A stretch of DNA of 24,000 nucleotides from Cecembia calidifontis. GTDB lineage: Bacteria > Bacteroidota > Bacteroidia > Cytophagales > Cyclobacteriaceae. The notes under the pieces were generated by a model, which saw only the letters and a program-made list of their open reading frames with translations, was not told the origin of the DNA and did no database searches. How positions within the stretch are numbered: position 1 is the first letter of the stretch; the number at the start of each line of letters is the position of its first letter. The stretch covers positions 4,848,922 to 4,872,921 of the forward strand of contig NZ_SGXG01000001.1 in assembly GCF_004216715.1 (NCBI RefSeq), given 5' to 3'. Shown piece by piece: positions 1 to 10,063 of the stretch. The position numbers were made by a program, and so were the translations under genes.

Positions 1-1
1 G

Positions 2-691
2 ACCGCAAGTGAAAAGGAAGAATTGGCGGAAATCAGATCCCAATCAGAGGCATACGCCAAGCTTGTAGCGGATTGGAGAAACAAGACTGATTTCAAAAAA
101 TTTGAGCAGGCAGCCAAAATGTTTAAAGATGCCGGAATTGAGGTTTATGCTTTTAAGCCCAATGCTTTTGGCGTAAATAATTCAGACGCCGAAGTAGCTT
201 ATGGCATGAAAGCAGCGAAAATTCTGGGTGCCAGCCATATCACCTTGGAGCATCCATCCGATGATGCTCAAACCCTCCGTCTGGGAAAACTGGGAGATAT
301 CCACAAAATGAAAGTGGGCTATCACGGACACGAGCAGCAGACTTTTACCTTTTGGGACACTTCCTTGGCACAGAGCAAAAGCAATGGACTGAACTTCGAT
401 ATTGGCCACTACATAGCAGCAGGCCATCCCGACATGATGGAACTCATCCAAAAACAACAGGCAAGAATCTGGAGCATGCACATCAAAGACCGTCAAACCC
501 CCGCTAACGGAAAAGGCAATTTAGCTTGGGGAACGGGAGATACGCCTGTTGAAGAAGTATTGAGGATGATGCGCGACAAAAAATATAAATTTCCTGCCAC
601 CATCGAGCTGGAATACCAGGTTCCGGGCAATTCTGACGCCGTTAAAGAAGTACAAAAATGCCTTGAATTCTGTAGAAAGGCCCTAGTTTAA
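2..691 (+). CDS. Sugar phosphate isomerase/epimerase-like TIM-barrel protein (5' truncated by window edge)
   Basis: Open frame continues to the window edge (TASEKEELAEIRSQ...). Xylose-isomerase-like TIM-barrel features: ILGASHITLEHP, KVGYHGHEQQ, GLNFDIGHYIAAG, WSMHIKDR, WGTGDTPVEEVL, ATIELEYQVPG. Stop at 689-691. Confidence 0.85.
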   Translation, partial: TASEKEELAEIRSQSEAYAKLVADWRNKTDFKKFEQAAKMFKDAGIEVYAFKPNAFGVNNSDAEVAYGMKAAKILGASHITLEHPSDDAQTLRLGKLGDIHKMKVGYHGHEQQTFTFWDTSLAQSKSNGLNFDIGHYIAAGHPDMMELIQKQQARIWSMHIKDRQTPANGKGNLAWGTGDTPVEEVLRMMRDKKYKFPATIELEYQVPGNSDAVKEVQKCLEFCRKALV

Positions 692-737
692 TTTTACTCA
701 AATAAATTGTAAGCAATATATGTGCATCCCAAATCCC

Positions 738-3527
738 ATGAGGTTTAGCCTGATATTTACTTTCTGCACCCTCCTGCTTTTCTCCTGTAAAGACCGCCAG
801 GATGATCCCAGCATCAAGCCCGAAGACAACCGCTTTACCAAGGTAGTCCTGACAGAAGGAATGGACGAGCCTATGGAAATGACCTTTCTACCCGGTAGAC
901 GCATCCTGTTTGTAGAAAGAAAAGGAGCGGTCAAAGTATTTGATGAAAATACAGGGGAATTGACCCAAGTGGGTTTTGTTCCTGTGAATACCAAATACAC
1001 CAACAAAGAAGGGGTGGTCAGAGAAGCAGAGGAAGGGCTGATGGGAGTAATCGCAGATCCCAATTATGAAAAAAACAACTGGATTTACATGTACTATGCA
1101 GATCCGGATGTACCCAAACATGTTTTGGCAAGATGGGAACTCAAAGGAAATGAACTGATTGAGGCTTCCAAGAAAATCCTTCTGGAAGTCCCTACCCAAA
1201 GGGAAGAATGCTGCCATACCGGCGGTGGAATGGTATTTGACAAGGATGGAAATCTTTACCTGACTACGGGTAACAATACCGTCAATCCAAGAGAAGGGAC
1301 TTCCAATTTGGATGAAAGGCCAGGGCATGAAAACTCAGATGATCAAAGGGCACCCAGCAATACCAATGACCTGAGAGGAAAAATCCTCAGGATCAAACCC
1401 GAACCTGACGGCACTTACAGCATTCCCAAGGGAAATTTATTCCCGGTGGGCATGGAAAAAACCCGTCCTGAAATCTATACCATGGGCCATCGAAATCCAT
1501 GGAGGCCAACTTTGGACAGCAAAACAGGATACCTGTATTGGGGAGAAGTGGGACCTGATGCAGTTACTGATTCCATTTGGGGCCCTAAAGGTTATGATGA
1601 ATTTAATCAGGCCAAAGGCCCCGGATTTTTTGGCTGGCCTTATTTTATTGGTGATAACCAAGCTTATACCAGACATGACTATGAGACCAATACCTATGGG
1701 GAACCCTATGATGTCAATAACCCTGTCAACGAATCTGTCAACAACACAGGATTGAAAGAACTCCCCCCTCCTATCCCGGCCATGATTTGGTATCCTTATG
1801 GCGTCTCAGAAGAATTCCCTATGCTGGGAAGTTCCGGCCGTTCCGCTACAGGAGGACCTGTTTTTAGAAAAACAGATTTCAAAAAAGATGCACCATTTGT
1901 CTTTCCGGCTTACTATGAGGGCAAATGGTTGATCGTGGACTTTATGCGTGGCTGGATCATGGCCGTGACCATGGATAATAATGGGGATTATGTCTCTATG
2001 GAGCGATTTTTGCCCAATGAAACCTTTAGTTCTGCAATAGACATGGATTTTGGTCCTGATGGCGCGCTCTACATCCTGGAATATGGCTCTGCCTGGTTCC
2101 GTGGCAACCCCAATTCCAGGATTGTGAAAATCGAATACAATGGCGGTAACCGAAAGCCAATTGTACAGGCTTCTGCTGATAAAAATGCCGGGGCTGTGCC
2201 TTTTACCGCTCATCTATCCGCTGAAGGCACACTGGATTATGATTCCTATGATCAGGGAAAATTAAAATATGAATGGAAGATCCTTTCAGACAAGGGCACA
2301 CAAACGCTTTTGAAAGAAAAAAACCCTTCTTTTAATTTCAATGAAGCCGGAACCTATCAGGTGACATTAACGGTGACGGACACCAAAGGGGAGCAAAACA
2401 GCGCCGGATTCCAGATCTTTGCAGGTAACGAACCCCCACAGGTAAAAATTGAATTTTCAGGAAACAGGACATTCTATTTTGGACAACCTGAAATCCAATA
2501 TGCTGTAATGGTTTCGGACAAGGAAGACGGATCTACCCAAGAGGGAAAAATCAAGGCAGAAGAAGTCGCCATTACCTTTGATTATGTACCATCCGGATTT
2601 GATCCGATTGAAATAGCTTCCAAGCAAAGCGGAGCAGAAACCATGGCTATCCTGAACCTAGGAAAAAATCTGATCGAAGGCAGTGATTGCAAATCATGTC
2701 ACCAATATGACAAATCATCCATAGGTCCAAGCTATGTGGCCGTGGCGGAAAAGTATGCTAAAACACCGGGTAACATCGAATATTTGGTGGATAAAATCCT
2801 CAATGGGGGCAGCGGCGTATGGGGTGACCATGGAATGAGCGCCCATCCCGAACTCAGTGAGGCAGATGCCAAAAGAATGGTGGACTTTATCCTTAGTATG
2901 AATGAAGTGAAACCAACTGTAATTCCTTTGCCACTAAGCGGTAGCATCAAACCGGAAATTCCTGATGGAGAAGATGGGCAGGGAAGTTTCCTTCTGAGGG
3001 CTTCCTATACCGACAAAGGAGCAGGCCAAATTGCTTCCCTAAGTGGAGTGGATTTTGTAGCGCTTAAAAACCCATATGTAGACCCTCAGTCAGCAGAGAT
3101 CAGAAAGGGAGTCAATTTATTGACCACACCAAGCATCAATTTCTTTATGGTGGGAGATCAGTCCCACATCGGTTTCAAATCCATTGACCTGACTGGCGTG
3201 GAAGCTATCAACATCTTTGTCAATGTGAGCCCAAGAAATGGAGCTGTGGGAGGAATTATTGAAGCCAGGTTGGGTAGTCCGGAGGGTGAAATAATCGGTC
3301 AATCCCCAAAAATGGAACCCTTGAACCAGGGCTTCAGAAGGCCACCAGCAGGTATGAACCCCATTCAATGGCGTAGGGAAAACACCCCTCAAGCGAAGAT
3401 CAAAATCAAGAAAACCCATGGATTACAGGATGTTTTCTTTATCTTCAGAAACACTGACGCAGGCAAGGAAGATATCCTGATGAGTGTGGCTGAAATCCAA
3501 TTTTCCAATAAAGACTCCCAAGATTAA
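738..3527 (+). CDS. Secreted lipoprotein: PQQ-dependent sugar dehydrogenase-like beta-propeller + PKD domain + c-type cytochrome + C-terminal CBM6-like region
   Basis: Lipobox-type leader MRFSLIFTFCTLLLFSC (ATG at 738; an in-frame ATG at 720 is also possible). Propeller motifs (EMTFLPGRRILFVERKG, EECCHTGGGMVFDKDGNLYLTTGNNT, LRGKILRIKPE). PKD-like segment (FTAHLSAEGTLDYDSYDQGKLKYEWKI...AGTYQVTLTVTD). Heme motif CKSCH with a downstream GMSAHP Met ligand candidate. Confidence 0.9.
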   Translation: MRFSLIFTFCTLLLFSCKDRQDDPSIKPEDNRFTKVVLTEGMDEPMEMTFLPGRRILFVERKGAVKVFDENTGELTQVGFVPVNTKYTNKEGVVREAEEGLMGVIADPNYEKNNWIYMYYADPDVPKHVLARWELKGNELIEASKKILLEVPTQREECCHTGGGMVFDKDGNLYLTTGNNTVNPREGTSNLDERPGHENSDDQRAPSNTNDLRGKILRIKPEPDGTYSIPKGNLFPVGMEKTRPEIYTMGHRNPWRPTLDSKTGYLYWGEVGPDAVTDSIWGPKGYDEFNQAKGPGFFGWPYFIGDNQAYTRHDYETNTYGEPYDVNNPVNESVNNTGLKELPPPIPAMIWYPYGVSEEFPMLGSSGRSATGGPVFRKTDFKKDAPFVFPAYYEGKWLIVDFMRGWIMAVTMDNNGDYVSMERFLPNETFSSAIDMDFGPDGALYILEYGSAWFRGNPNSRIVKIEYNGGNRKPIVQASADKNAGAVPFTAHLSAEGTLDYDSYDQGKLKYEWKILSDKGTQTLLKEKNPSFNFNEAGTYQVTLTVTDTKGEQNSAGFQIFAGNEPPQVKIEFSGNRTFYFGQPEIQYAVMVSDKEDGSTQEGKIKAEEVAITFDYVPSGFDPIEIASKQSGAETMAILNLGKNLIEGSDCKSCHQYDKSSIGPSYVAVAEKYAKTPGNIEYLVDKILNGGSGVWGDHGMSAHPELSEADAKRMVDFILSMNEVKPTVIPLPLSGSIKPEIPDGEDGQGSFLLRASYTDKGAGQIASLSGVDFVALKNPYVDPQSAEIRKGVNLLTTPSINFFMVGDQSHIGFKSIDLTGVEAINIFVNVSPRNGAVGGIIEARLGSPEGEIIGQSPKMEPLNQGFRRPPAGMNPIQWRRENTPQAKIKIKKTHGLQDVFFIFRNTDAGKEDILMSVAEIQFSNKDSQD

Positions 3528-3550
3528 TCTCTTCTGATAATAACCCTTAT

Positions 3551-3579
3551 CCCCTGATTTGAATACTTCAAGTCAGGGG
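3551..3579 (+). terminator. Hairpin downstream of the PQQ dehydrogenase gene, possible terminator
   Basis: CCCCTGATTTGA-ataCT-TCAAGTCAGGGG; 12-bp arms with one non-complementary position. Only a weak T tract follows (gcttaaatttt). Confidence 0.45.
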
Positions 3580-3614
3580 CTTAAATTTTCAGGGAATCCA
3601 TAAAAACAACCATA

Positions 3615-4496
3615 ATGATGAAAGCCGTTTTTTTCCTTTACTTCTTGTTTCTTTCAAGCCTCGGGTTACACGCCCAAAGCAGCATTAAGCTATATGCTGG
3701 AAAGGCCACCGGTTCTGAAGAATGGACCTGGACAGAAAAAGTAATTACCCCATCTCCTGGCAACCGCATCCTCTTTGATGTATCGGAACCGGAATTGTTG
3801 CATTTTCCCGCACCAAAGGATAATGCCAATGGCACAGCCATAATCGTAGCTCCCGGAGGCGCATTTCATATTTTATCCATAGACAATGAAGGTATCAGGA
3901 TAGCTGAATGGTTAAACGGATTAGGTATTTCGGCTTTTGTGTTGAAATACAGATTGGTAAAAAGTAAAACCGATAACCCTTTTGAAACCTTAATGCCCTT
4001 AATGCAGGACAAGGATAAACTTGACTCCATCAATGCCCCTGTCGTGGAAATGGCCAAAAATGATGGAATTGAGGCTATGAAATATCTCAGGACCAATGCC
4101 GATGAATTGGGCATAGATCCCCAAAAAATCGGGTTTATGGGTTTTTCGGCTGGAGGAACTGTCACGATGTCTGTAGCATTAAGTGCTCCTGAAGAATGGA
4201 AACCTGATTTTCTGGCTCCGGTTTACCTTTACAGAAAAGCAGTTATAGGCTCGTTAATGCCGCAGAAAAAGACCCCGATTTTCGTGGCTGTTGCTTCTGA
4301 TGATGAGCTGGACTTTATGCCCCACAGTGTATCCCTCTATCAGGATTGGTTTGCAGCAGGCCATCCTTCAGAATTGCATGTGTATGAAAATGGCGGACAT
4401 GGATTTGGATTTGCGAAAAAAGGAACAAGCTCAGACCAATGGACAATTAATTTTGAACATTGGCTCCGGATTAGAGGGCTTATTGATAAGCCATAA
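3615..4496 (+). CDS. Secreted alpha/beta hydrolase (esterase/acetyl-xylan-esterase-like)
   Basis: Signal peptide MMKAVFFLYFLFLSSLGLHAQ. Oxyanion region APGGAFHIL, nucleophile GFSAGG, acid DDELDFMPHS, His in GGHGFG. Confidence 0.85.
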   Translation: MMKAVFFLYFLFLSSLGLHAQSSIKLYAGKATGSEEWTWTEKVITPSPGNRILFDVSEPELLHFPAPKDNANGTAIIVAPGGAFHILSIDNEGIRIAEWLNGLGISAFVLKYRLVKSKTDNPFETLMPLMQDKDKLDSINAPVVEMAKNDGIEAMKYLRTNADELGIDPQKIGFMGFSAGGTVTMSVALSAPEEWKPDFLAPVYLYRKAVIGSLMPQKKTPIFVAVASDDELDFMPHSVSLYQDWFAAGHPSELHVYENGGHGFGFAKKGTSSDQWTINFEHWLRIRGLIDKP

Positions 4497-4599
4497 AATG
4501 ATAAAGTAAGGTTTGAAATTTATCCAACCTTCAGCAAATCCTATTTGCCAAATCATTGATTATGACTACCTTGTCTTATCACCAGTTCAGGTAAGCCTT

Positions 4600-5571
4600 A
4601 TGCAAACAGGTTATGAAAATACAAAGGATAAAATAGATGGTTCTGATGACTTACCCGGTAACCCTACCACTTCCGTCAACGGCAGCAACCGTCTCAATGA
4701 CAGATCAAATGGGAAACCCTTAAGGATACTCAGCGAGGAAGATTGGCAATTTTGGATCCAGAATGGTTATGTTGTCATCAAAAATGCAGTCCCCAAATCT
4801 CAGGTAAAAGATACAGCAGATTTTCTGTGGGAATTTGAAGACAAGGATCCCAACAATCCCGATACCTGGTATAAAAACCCCTACAATGAAATGGAAATGA
4901 AGGAATTGGTAGGGACCGGGATGGTGGAAGTGTACAATCATCAACATCTCTGGAACAACCGGCAAATGCCGAAAATCTATCATGCCTTTGTGGATATTTG
5001 GGGTACTGAAAAGCTATGGGTGACAATCGATCGGGCCAACTTAAATTTCCCAATCCGGCCCGGCCATGAATACAAGGCTTTCATCCATTGGGATTATGAC
5101 CCGGAAACCAGGCCTCAAAATGTACAGGGTGTACTGGCATTGGCAGACCAAACGGATGAAAACATGGGTGGATTTCAGTGTATCCCTGAACTTTACCGGG
5201 AGTATGAGACATGGAAACTTACCCAGCCAACTGATAGAAACCGCTTCCTTCCTGATATCAGCGGTATGGAAGACAAGATTGTCAAAGTCAAACTTGAAGC
5301 AGGTGATTTATTGATTTTCAACAGTTTGCTGCCCCATGGCATCCGTGCCAACCGATCCGATAAAGTCAGGATGGCGCAGTATATCTCGATGGTGCCCGCT
5401 GAGGAGGAGAATGATCTTCTTAGAGAATGGCGCATCAATTCCTGGAAAAACCGTACAGCCCCTACAGGATATGCATTTCCGGGAGATCCAAGAAACTGGG
5501 AACAGACCAGATATGAAACAGCTGTTTTATCACCTTTGGGCAGGAAATTACTTGGACTGGATAGGTGGTGA
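4600..5571 (+). CDS. Phytanoyl-CoA dioxygenase family protein (Fe(II)/2-oxoglutarate dioxygenase-like)
   Basis: GYVVIKNAVPKSQV N-terminal signature, HWDYD (HxD metal motif), distal LLPHGIRANRS. The track ORF starts at a TTG (4513); the in-frame ATG at 4600 is a more natural start, but this is unresolved. Confidence 0.8.
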   Translation: MQTGYENTKDKIDGSDDLPGNPTTSVNGSNRLNDRSNGKPLRILSEEDWQFWIQNGYVVIKNAVPKSQVKDTADFLWEFEDKDPNNPDTWYKNPYNEMEMKELVGTGMVEVYNHQHLWNNRQMPKIYHAFVDIWGTEKLWVTIDRANLNFPIRPGHEYKAFIHWDYDPETRPQNVQGVLALADQTDENMGGFQCIPELYREYETWKLTQPTDRNRFLPDISGMEDKIVKVKLEAGDLLIFNSLLPHGIRANRSDKVRMAQYISMVPAEEENDLLREWRINSWKNRTAPTGYAFPGDPRNWEQTRYETAVLSPLGRKLLGLDRW

Positions 5572-5690
5572 GGATTAAATCTTCAGGAATCTATTACGAT
5601 ACATTTTTAGGCTTTGATCTTTTTACACAGGGGTTTTCCCCGGGCTAACACAGATCGGCCCTTCAGGCCTTTACCCGTTTTTGTGTTCCC

Positions 5691-5803
5691 AAATCCGACC
5701 TTCGACATCCCACTTTCGAAATCCATCTTCTTAATGAAACCCTTAATTTCTGAACTTCCTAATGGTTTAAAATCCGACTTCAAAGTTCCGAAATCCGACT
5801 TTC
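5691..5803. repeat. Short degenerate intergenic repeat built on AAATCCGAC
   Basis: AAATCCGAC at 5691-5699, 5770-5778 and 5791-5799, plus a variant AAATCCATC at 5719-5727, several adjoined by cTTCGa/TTTCGA. Confidence 0.5.
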
Positions 5804-5901
5804 GACCCCCCCCTTTTTACTTTTGCCTTTTTACTTGGCTCTTATTCACATTCCCACCCTACATCCTGGCCCCTCGCTAAATTAGTCAACTGGACTAATT
5901 T

Positions 5902-7596
5902 TTAACGCTCGGTCCCCCTTTCCCGCCTCTGCATAATCTCATAGGCCTTTTCTTTACTTACCCCAAATACTTTCCCATCCAGGGCATCTTTCATAAATTC
6001 ATCGATATAGCGCTGAGAGATAGCGGTATTGTCCTGGTATTTTTCCCTAAGTGCCGCAAGTCTTCGGTGAAGATCTGCTTTGATTTCTACATAGGCCGGA
6101 TCATCATAAAAATTTTTTAACTCCAGGGGATCCTTATTTCTATCCAATAATTCCCACTGATCTTCCACGTAATAATAATGCACCAATTTGTAATCTTTGG
6201 TCACGATGGCATAGTGCCTATTGACCATGTGTTCGGCTGGGTACTCATAATAATGGTAATATACTGCATCCCGAGTCCATTTATCATTCTGCCCTGTGAG
6301 AATAGGAATCAGGCTCTCTCCCTGCATGTCCGAGGGAGCTTGGATACCTGCAGCCTCCAGGAATGTTTGGGCAAAATCAAGATTCTGAACCAATTCATCT
6401 GATCGGGAACCTGCTTTTACTTTTCCTGGCCAGGATATCAGGAGAGGTGTCTTAAAGGACTCATCATAAATAAATCGCTTGTCGTACCAACCATGCTCTC
6501 CCAAATAAAAACCTTGGTCCGAGGTATACACGATGATGGTATTTTCCATCAGGCCATTGGCTTCTAAATAATCTAACAAGCGGCCCATATTTTCATCTAC
6601 CGCCTGTATGGTTCCCAGATAATCCTGCATGTAGCGTTGGTATTTCCAGCGCATTTTCTCCTCATCTGTCATGCTAGGATAAACCTTGGCAAAAGCTTCA
6701 TTTACTTTGCCATAAGCTCTCCTGAAATTCTCCATTTGTGAAGCATCAAACCGGCTGTATTCAAATTCATACCTGGGCTTATCAAAGCCAATTTCTGGAA
6801 TCCCCAATTCATCCATCAATTCAGGAAAAACCTTATGGTCCCCCGCCCAGCTCATGTGCTTCAGGATATTCATTTCAGCTTCTGCTGCCGGGGAAGTCCT
6901 ACCACTATAATCATCAAAGAGCGTGGCAGGCTCTGGAAAGGTCCGGTTGGTAAATTCCTCCAAATGCCTTTCCGCCATCAACCAAGACCTATGAGGAGCC
7001 TTATGCAGGTACATCAATAAGAATGGCTGGTCTTCTTTGCGCTCATTTCCCAACCAATACAAGGTCATATCGGTGATAATGTCTGTCACGTAACCATTGA
7101 CAGTAATATTGCCTTCATACTTGGTAATGAATTCAGGATTGTAATAGGCCCCTTGGCCGGGAAGGATTTTAAACTGGTCAAAGCCCTTGGGATTGTTGCC
7201 AAAATGTAATTTTCCGAACATGGCTGTCTGGTAACCGGCCTGTTGGAGAATTTGTGGAAAGGTGATATTCGTAGTATCAAAATGGAAATGGTTATCCACT
7301 TTACCGTTGAGGTGGGAATGCTTACCTGTAAGTATGGTAGCCCGGGATGGGGCACAGATCGAATTGGTCACACTGGCATTGGTAAACAACATGCCCATGC
7401 TGGCCAGTCTGTCGATGTTTGGCGTTTGGATCAATCGCTTATCATAAGCAGATATCGCCTGATAGGCATGATCATCTGACATGATAAAAATAATATTGGG
7501 TCTTTTGGAGACTATCGTTTCAGAGGGTTTGGGGCTACAGGCCAAGATCAAAATCAACAAGGTTAGCACCCAATTGAATTTCATAGAAATCTTCAT
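5902..7596 (-). CDS. Exported (lipoprotein) S1-family sulfatase, Cys-type
   Basis: MKFNWVLTLLILILACS lipobox leader; RPNIIFIMSDDHAYQA metal-binding motif; SICAPSRATILTGKH formylglycine C-x-P-x-R signature; VYTSDQGFYLGEHGWYDKR. Confidence 0.95.
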   Translation of the reverse strand: MKISMKFNWVLTLLILILACSPKPSETIVSKRPNIIFIMSDDHAYQAISAYDKRLIQTPNIDRLASMGMLFTNASVTNSICAPSRATILTGKHSHLNGKVDNHFHFDTTNITFPQILQQAGYQTAMFGKLHFGNNPKGFDQFKILPGQGAYYNPEFITKYEGNITVNGYVTDIITDMTLYWLGNERKEDQPFLLMYLHKAPHRSWLMAERHLEEFTNRTFPEPATLFDDYSGRTSPAAEAEMNILKHMSWAGDHKVFPELMDELGIPEIGFDKPRYEFEYSRFDASQMENFRRAYGKVNEAFAKVYPSMTDEEKMRWKYQRYMQDYLGTIQAVDENMGRLLDYLEANGLMENTIIVYTSDQGFYLGEHGWYDKRFIYDESFKTPLLISWPGKVKAGSRSDELVQNLDFAQTFLEAAGIQAPSDMQGESLIPILTGQNDKWTRDAVYYHYYEYPAEHMVNRHYAIVTKDYKLVHYYYVEDQWELLDRNKDPLELKNFYDDPAYVEIKADLHRRLAALREKYQDNTAISQRYIDEFMKDALDGKVFGVSKEKAYEIMQRRERGTER

Positions 7597-7739
7597 AGAT
7601 AAAAGGCAGCGTGGTTTAGCTTAAATGTAAAAAACAAAACCCGCATTTATCCGATAAGCATAAAATTTTATACAGGTGGCTGGGCAAACTTATTCCCAAA
7701 AATGCGCTTTATTTGCAAAATCTTTCTCCAACCTAACCT

Positions 7740-8696
7740 ATGTCTTCTGCTACAGACCGTCAGATCATTTCCGGCTTTATCATGGCCCTGTCTGCTGCCA
7801 TATTCTGGGGTATCTCCGGTACCTGTGCCCAATTTTTATTTGAACAAAGAAATGTAGATCCTGCCTGGTTGGTATCCTGGAGGATGTTAATTGCTGGATT
7901 AATCCTTGTAACTTTTGCCATCGTCAGGAAAAATTCAGATGTATGGAAAATCTGGAGAAAGCCTCAGGATGCGGTTCAGGTCCTGCTTTTTGGTATTTTA
8001 GGGATGGTAGCCGTTCAGTTTACCTACTTTTACAGCATCAGCCTATCCAATGCGGCTACGGCAACAGTTTTGCAGTACATAGGCCCCGTGTTTGTAGTGG
8101 CATTTTATGCCGTCAAAAACAGGCGATGGCCCATTTTCATGGAATACCTGGCCTTGATTTTGGCGTTGACAGGCACTTTCCTCTTGGTTACCCATGGAAC
8201 TTGGGACAGTTTGGTCATCTCTGAAGCAGCAGTATTTTGGGGTATTCTGTCTGCTATTGCTTTGGCTTTCTACACCATTCAGCCAGTTCAATTGCTGAGA
8301 AGGTATTCCGCTCCGACTGTCACAGGGTGGGGAATGTTGATTGGAGGGATTTCGTTTTCCATTTACACCAATCCTTGGGAAAGTTCAGGGCTTTGGGATT
8401 TGGGGACATGGGCAGCTTTTTCTTACATCATCCTGTTTGGCACAGTCATTTCTTTTTCCATTTTCCTTGCTTCCCTGAATTTCATCGGCGCACAAACAGC
8501 CAGTTTGCTTTGCTCGGTTGAGCCACTTTCCGCTGCCCTAACCGCGGTGATTTGGTTAAATCTTCAGTTCACGTTCATGGATTGGTTGGGCACTTTCGTC
8601 ATCATTATTACCGTGGTCATACTCACCTTGGCCAAAAAGGTCAAAAAAAGTAAATTACCCATTACGCCAGTAGAAAGGCCTCTCAGCCCTTCTTAG
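7740..8696 (+). CDS. EamA/DMT-family transporter
   Basis: About 10 hydrophobic segments and EamA-type motifs (FWGISGTCAQFLF, SNAATATVLQYIGPVFV, LFGTVISFSIFLASLNFIGAQTASLLCSVEPLSAALTAVIWL). Confidence 0.9.
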   Translation: MSSATDRQIISGFIMALSAAIFWGISGTCAQFLFEQRNVDPAWLVSWRMLIAGLILVTFAIVRKNSDVWKIWRKPQDAVQVLLFGILGMVAVQFTYFYSISLSNAATATVLQYIGPVFVVAFYAVKNRRWPIFMEYLALILALTGTFLLVTHGTWDSLVISEAAVFWGILSAIALAFYTIQPVQLLRRYSAPTVTGWGMLIGGISFSIYTNPWESSGLWDLGTWAAFSYIILFGTVISFSIFLASLNFIGAQTASLLCSVEPLSAALTAVIWLNLQFTFMDWLGTFVIIITVVILTLAKKVKKSKLPITPVERPLSPS

Positions 8697-8758
8697 ACAC
8701 AATGGACTGCTGAAAAATATTAATCAGGAAATCACCTTTTTCCCCTGACCCAGAAAAA

Positions 8759-10063
8759 ATGGAAAATTCCCAACAGTCGCTCAAAACTGAAATCCTTGCG
8801 GGGATCAGTACATTTCTTGCTTCATTTTACATTATTATCGTTAATCCGGCCATACTTTCAGCCGCAGAAATGCCTTTTTCTGCTGTTTTGACTGCCACAG
8901 TCTTGGTTTCCGCATTCGGAAGCTTGATGATGGGACTGTATGCAAAAAACCCCATAGTGGTGGCTCCGGGAATGGGCATCAATGCTTTTTTTGCCTATAT
9001 AGCGGTAAAAGGTTACGGACTCAGCTACGGGGAAGCATTGGGAGCGGTCTTTTGGTCCGGTATCATTTTTCTTTTGTTGTCCGCATTCAAAACACGGGAG
9101 AAAATCATCGCAGCGATTCCTCATGCAATCCGTCATGCCGTAGCGGCAGGAATCGGGCTCTTTATTTGTTTCATTGGCTTTCAAAATGCCCATTTCATCG
9201 TGGACAATCCTGAAACGTTGGTAAGTGTGGCCTCCCTCCAAAATCCCATCAGTTTAACCTTCCTCTTGGGTTTATTTGTGACCGGTGCATTGATTGTAAG
9301 AAAAGTCAGCGGCGCTATCATTTATGGGATTTTGTTCACCACGCTCTTGGCCTGGCCCATTGGAAGGTGGTGGGGCGATGCCTCAGCCATTAATTTTGGA
9401 GTACCCACTTTGGTAAACTACGAGGGGGCATTTTCCTGGCCCGATTTCAGCCTGGTGGGTAAAGCTGATATCCTGGGATCTCTGAGGTTTTCTTATCTCT
9501 CTGTGATCTTTGTCTTTACTTTTACGATTTTGTTTGACGGCATATCTACCTTTGTGGGCTTAGCGGAGGCTTCCGGACTTAAGGACCCAGATGGAACACC
9601 CCGAAATATGCGGAAATCTTTACTGACAGATGCTTTTGCCACCTTATTTGCAGGTTTGGTAGGCAGTAGTTCGGGTACGGCATTTATAGAGTCTGCTGTG
9701 GGCATAGAAGCAGGAGGAAGGACAGGAAAAACAGCCATTACGGCAGGTTTATTATTTCTTCCATTCATGTTTCTTTCTCCCCTGTTGTCTATTATCCCAT
9801 CCATAGCAAGTTCAATCGCTTTGGTGCTGGTAGGTTCTTTTATGATCATGCCCGCAGCCATGATTGATTGGAAAAAGTCAGACGAAGCGATCCCTGCATT
9901 TTTGACCATGGTTTTGATTCCGTTTACCTACAGCTTATCTACCGGAATCTCCTTCGGTTTTGTGAGCTGGACTGTCCTAAAACTCCTAAGCGGCAAATCA
10001 AAAGAGATCAACCCTATCTTAATCATCATATCCCTACTGTCCTTATTCTTCCTTTGGCAATGA
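8759..10063 (+). CDS. NCS2-family purine (adenine/guanine/hypoxanthine) permease, AzgA-like
   Basis: TEILAGISTFLASFYIIIVNPAIL, VAPGMGINAFFAY, IPHAIRHAVAAGIGLFICFIG, GSSSGTAFIESAVGIEAGGRTGKTAI. Confidence 0.9.
   Translation: MENSQQSLKTEILAGISTFLASFYIIIVNPAILSAAEMPFSAVLTATVLVSAFGSLMMGLYAKNPIVVAPGMGINAFFAYIAVKGYGLSYGEALGAVFWSGIIFLLLSAFKTREKIIAAIPHAIRHAVAAGIGLFICFIGFQNAHFIVDNPETLVSVASLQNPISLTFLLGLFVTGALIVRKVSGAIIYGILFTTLLAWPIGRWWGDASAINFGVPTLVNYEGAFSWPDFSLVGKADILGSLRFSYLSVIFVFTFTILFDGISTFVGLAEASGLKDPDGTPRNMRKSLLTDAFATLFAGLVGSSSGTAFIESAVGIEAGGRTGKTAITAGLLFLPFMFLSPLLSIIPSIASSIALVLVGSFMIMPAAMIDWKKSDEAIPAFLTMVLIPFTYSLSTGISFGFVSWTVLKLLSGKSKEINPILIIISLLSLFFLWQ

Noticed and set aside
888-3419. Antisense ORFs opposite the PQQ dehydrogenase (and similar ones throughout the window)
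   Set aside because: Typical shadow ORFs opposite well-supported genes; no recognisable motifs, and orientation conflicts with the real coding frame.
5614-5880. 88-aa plus-strand ORF in the convergent spacer
   Set aside because: It overlaps the degenerate repeat and C/T-rich tract; the composition is Phe/Pro/Leu low-complexity with no recognisable fold or partner.
9868-10059. N-terminal 64 aa of track ORF 9868..10851
   Set aside because: It lies entirely inside the permease coding sequence in another frame. The ATG at 10060 gives a clean signal peptide and an ATGA overlap, so the upstream part is a frame artefact.
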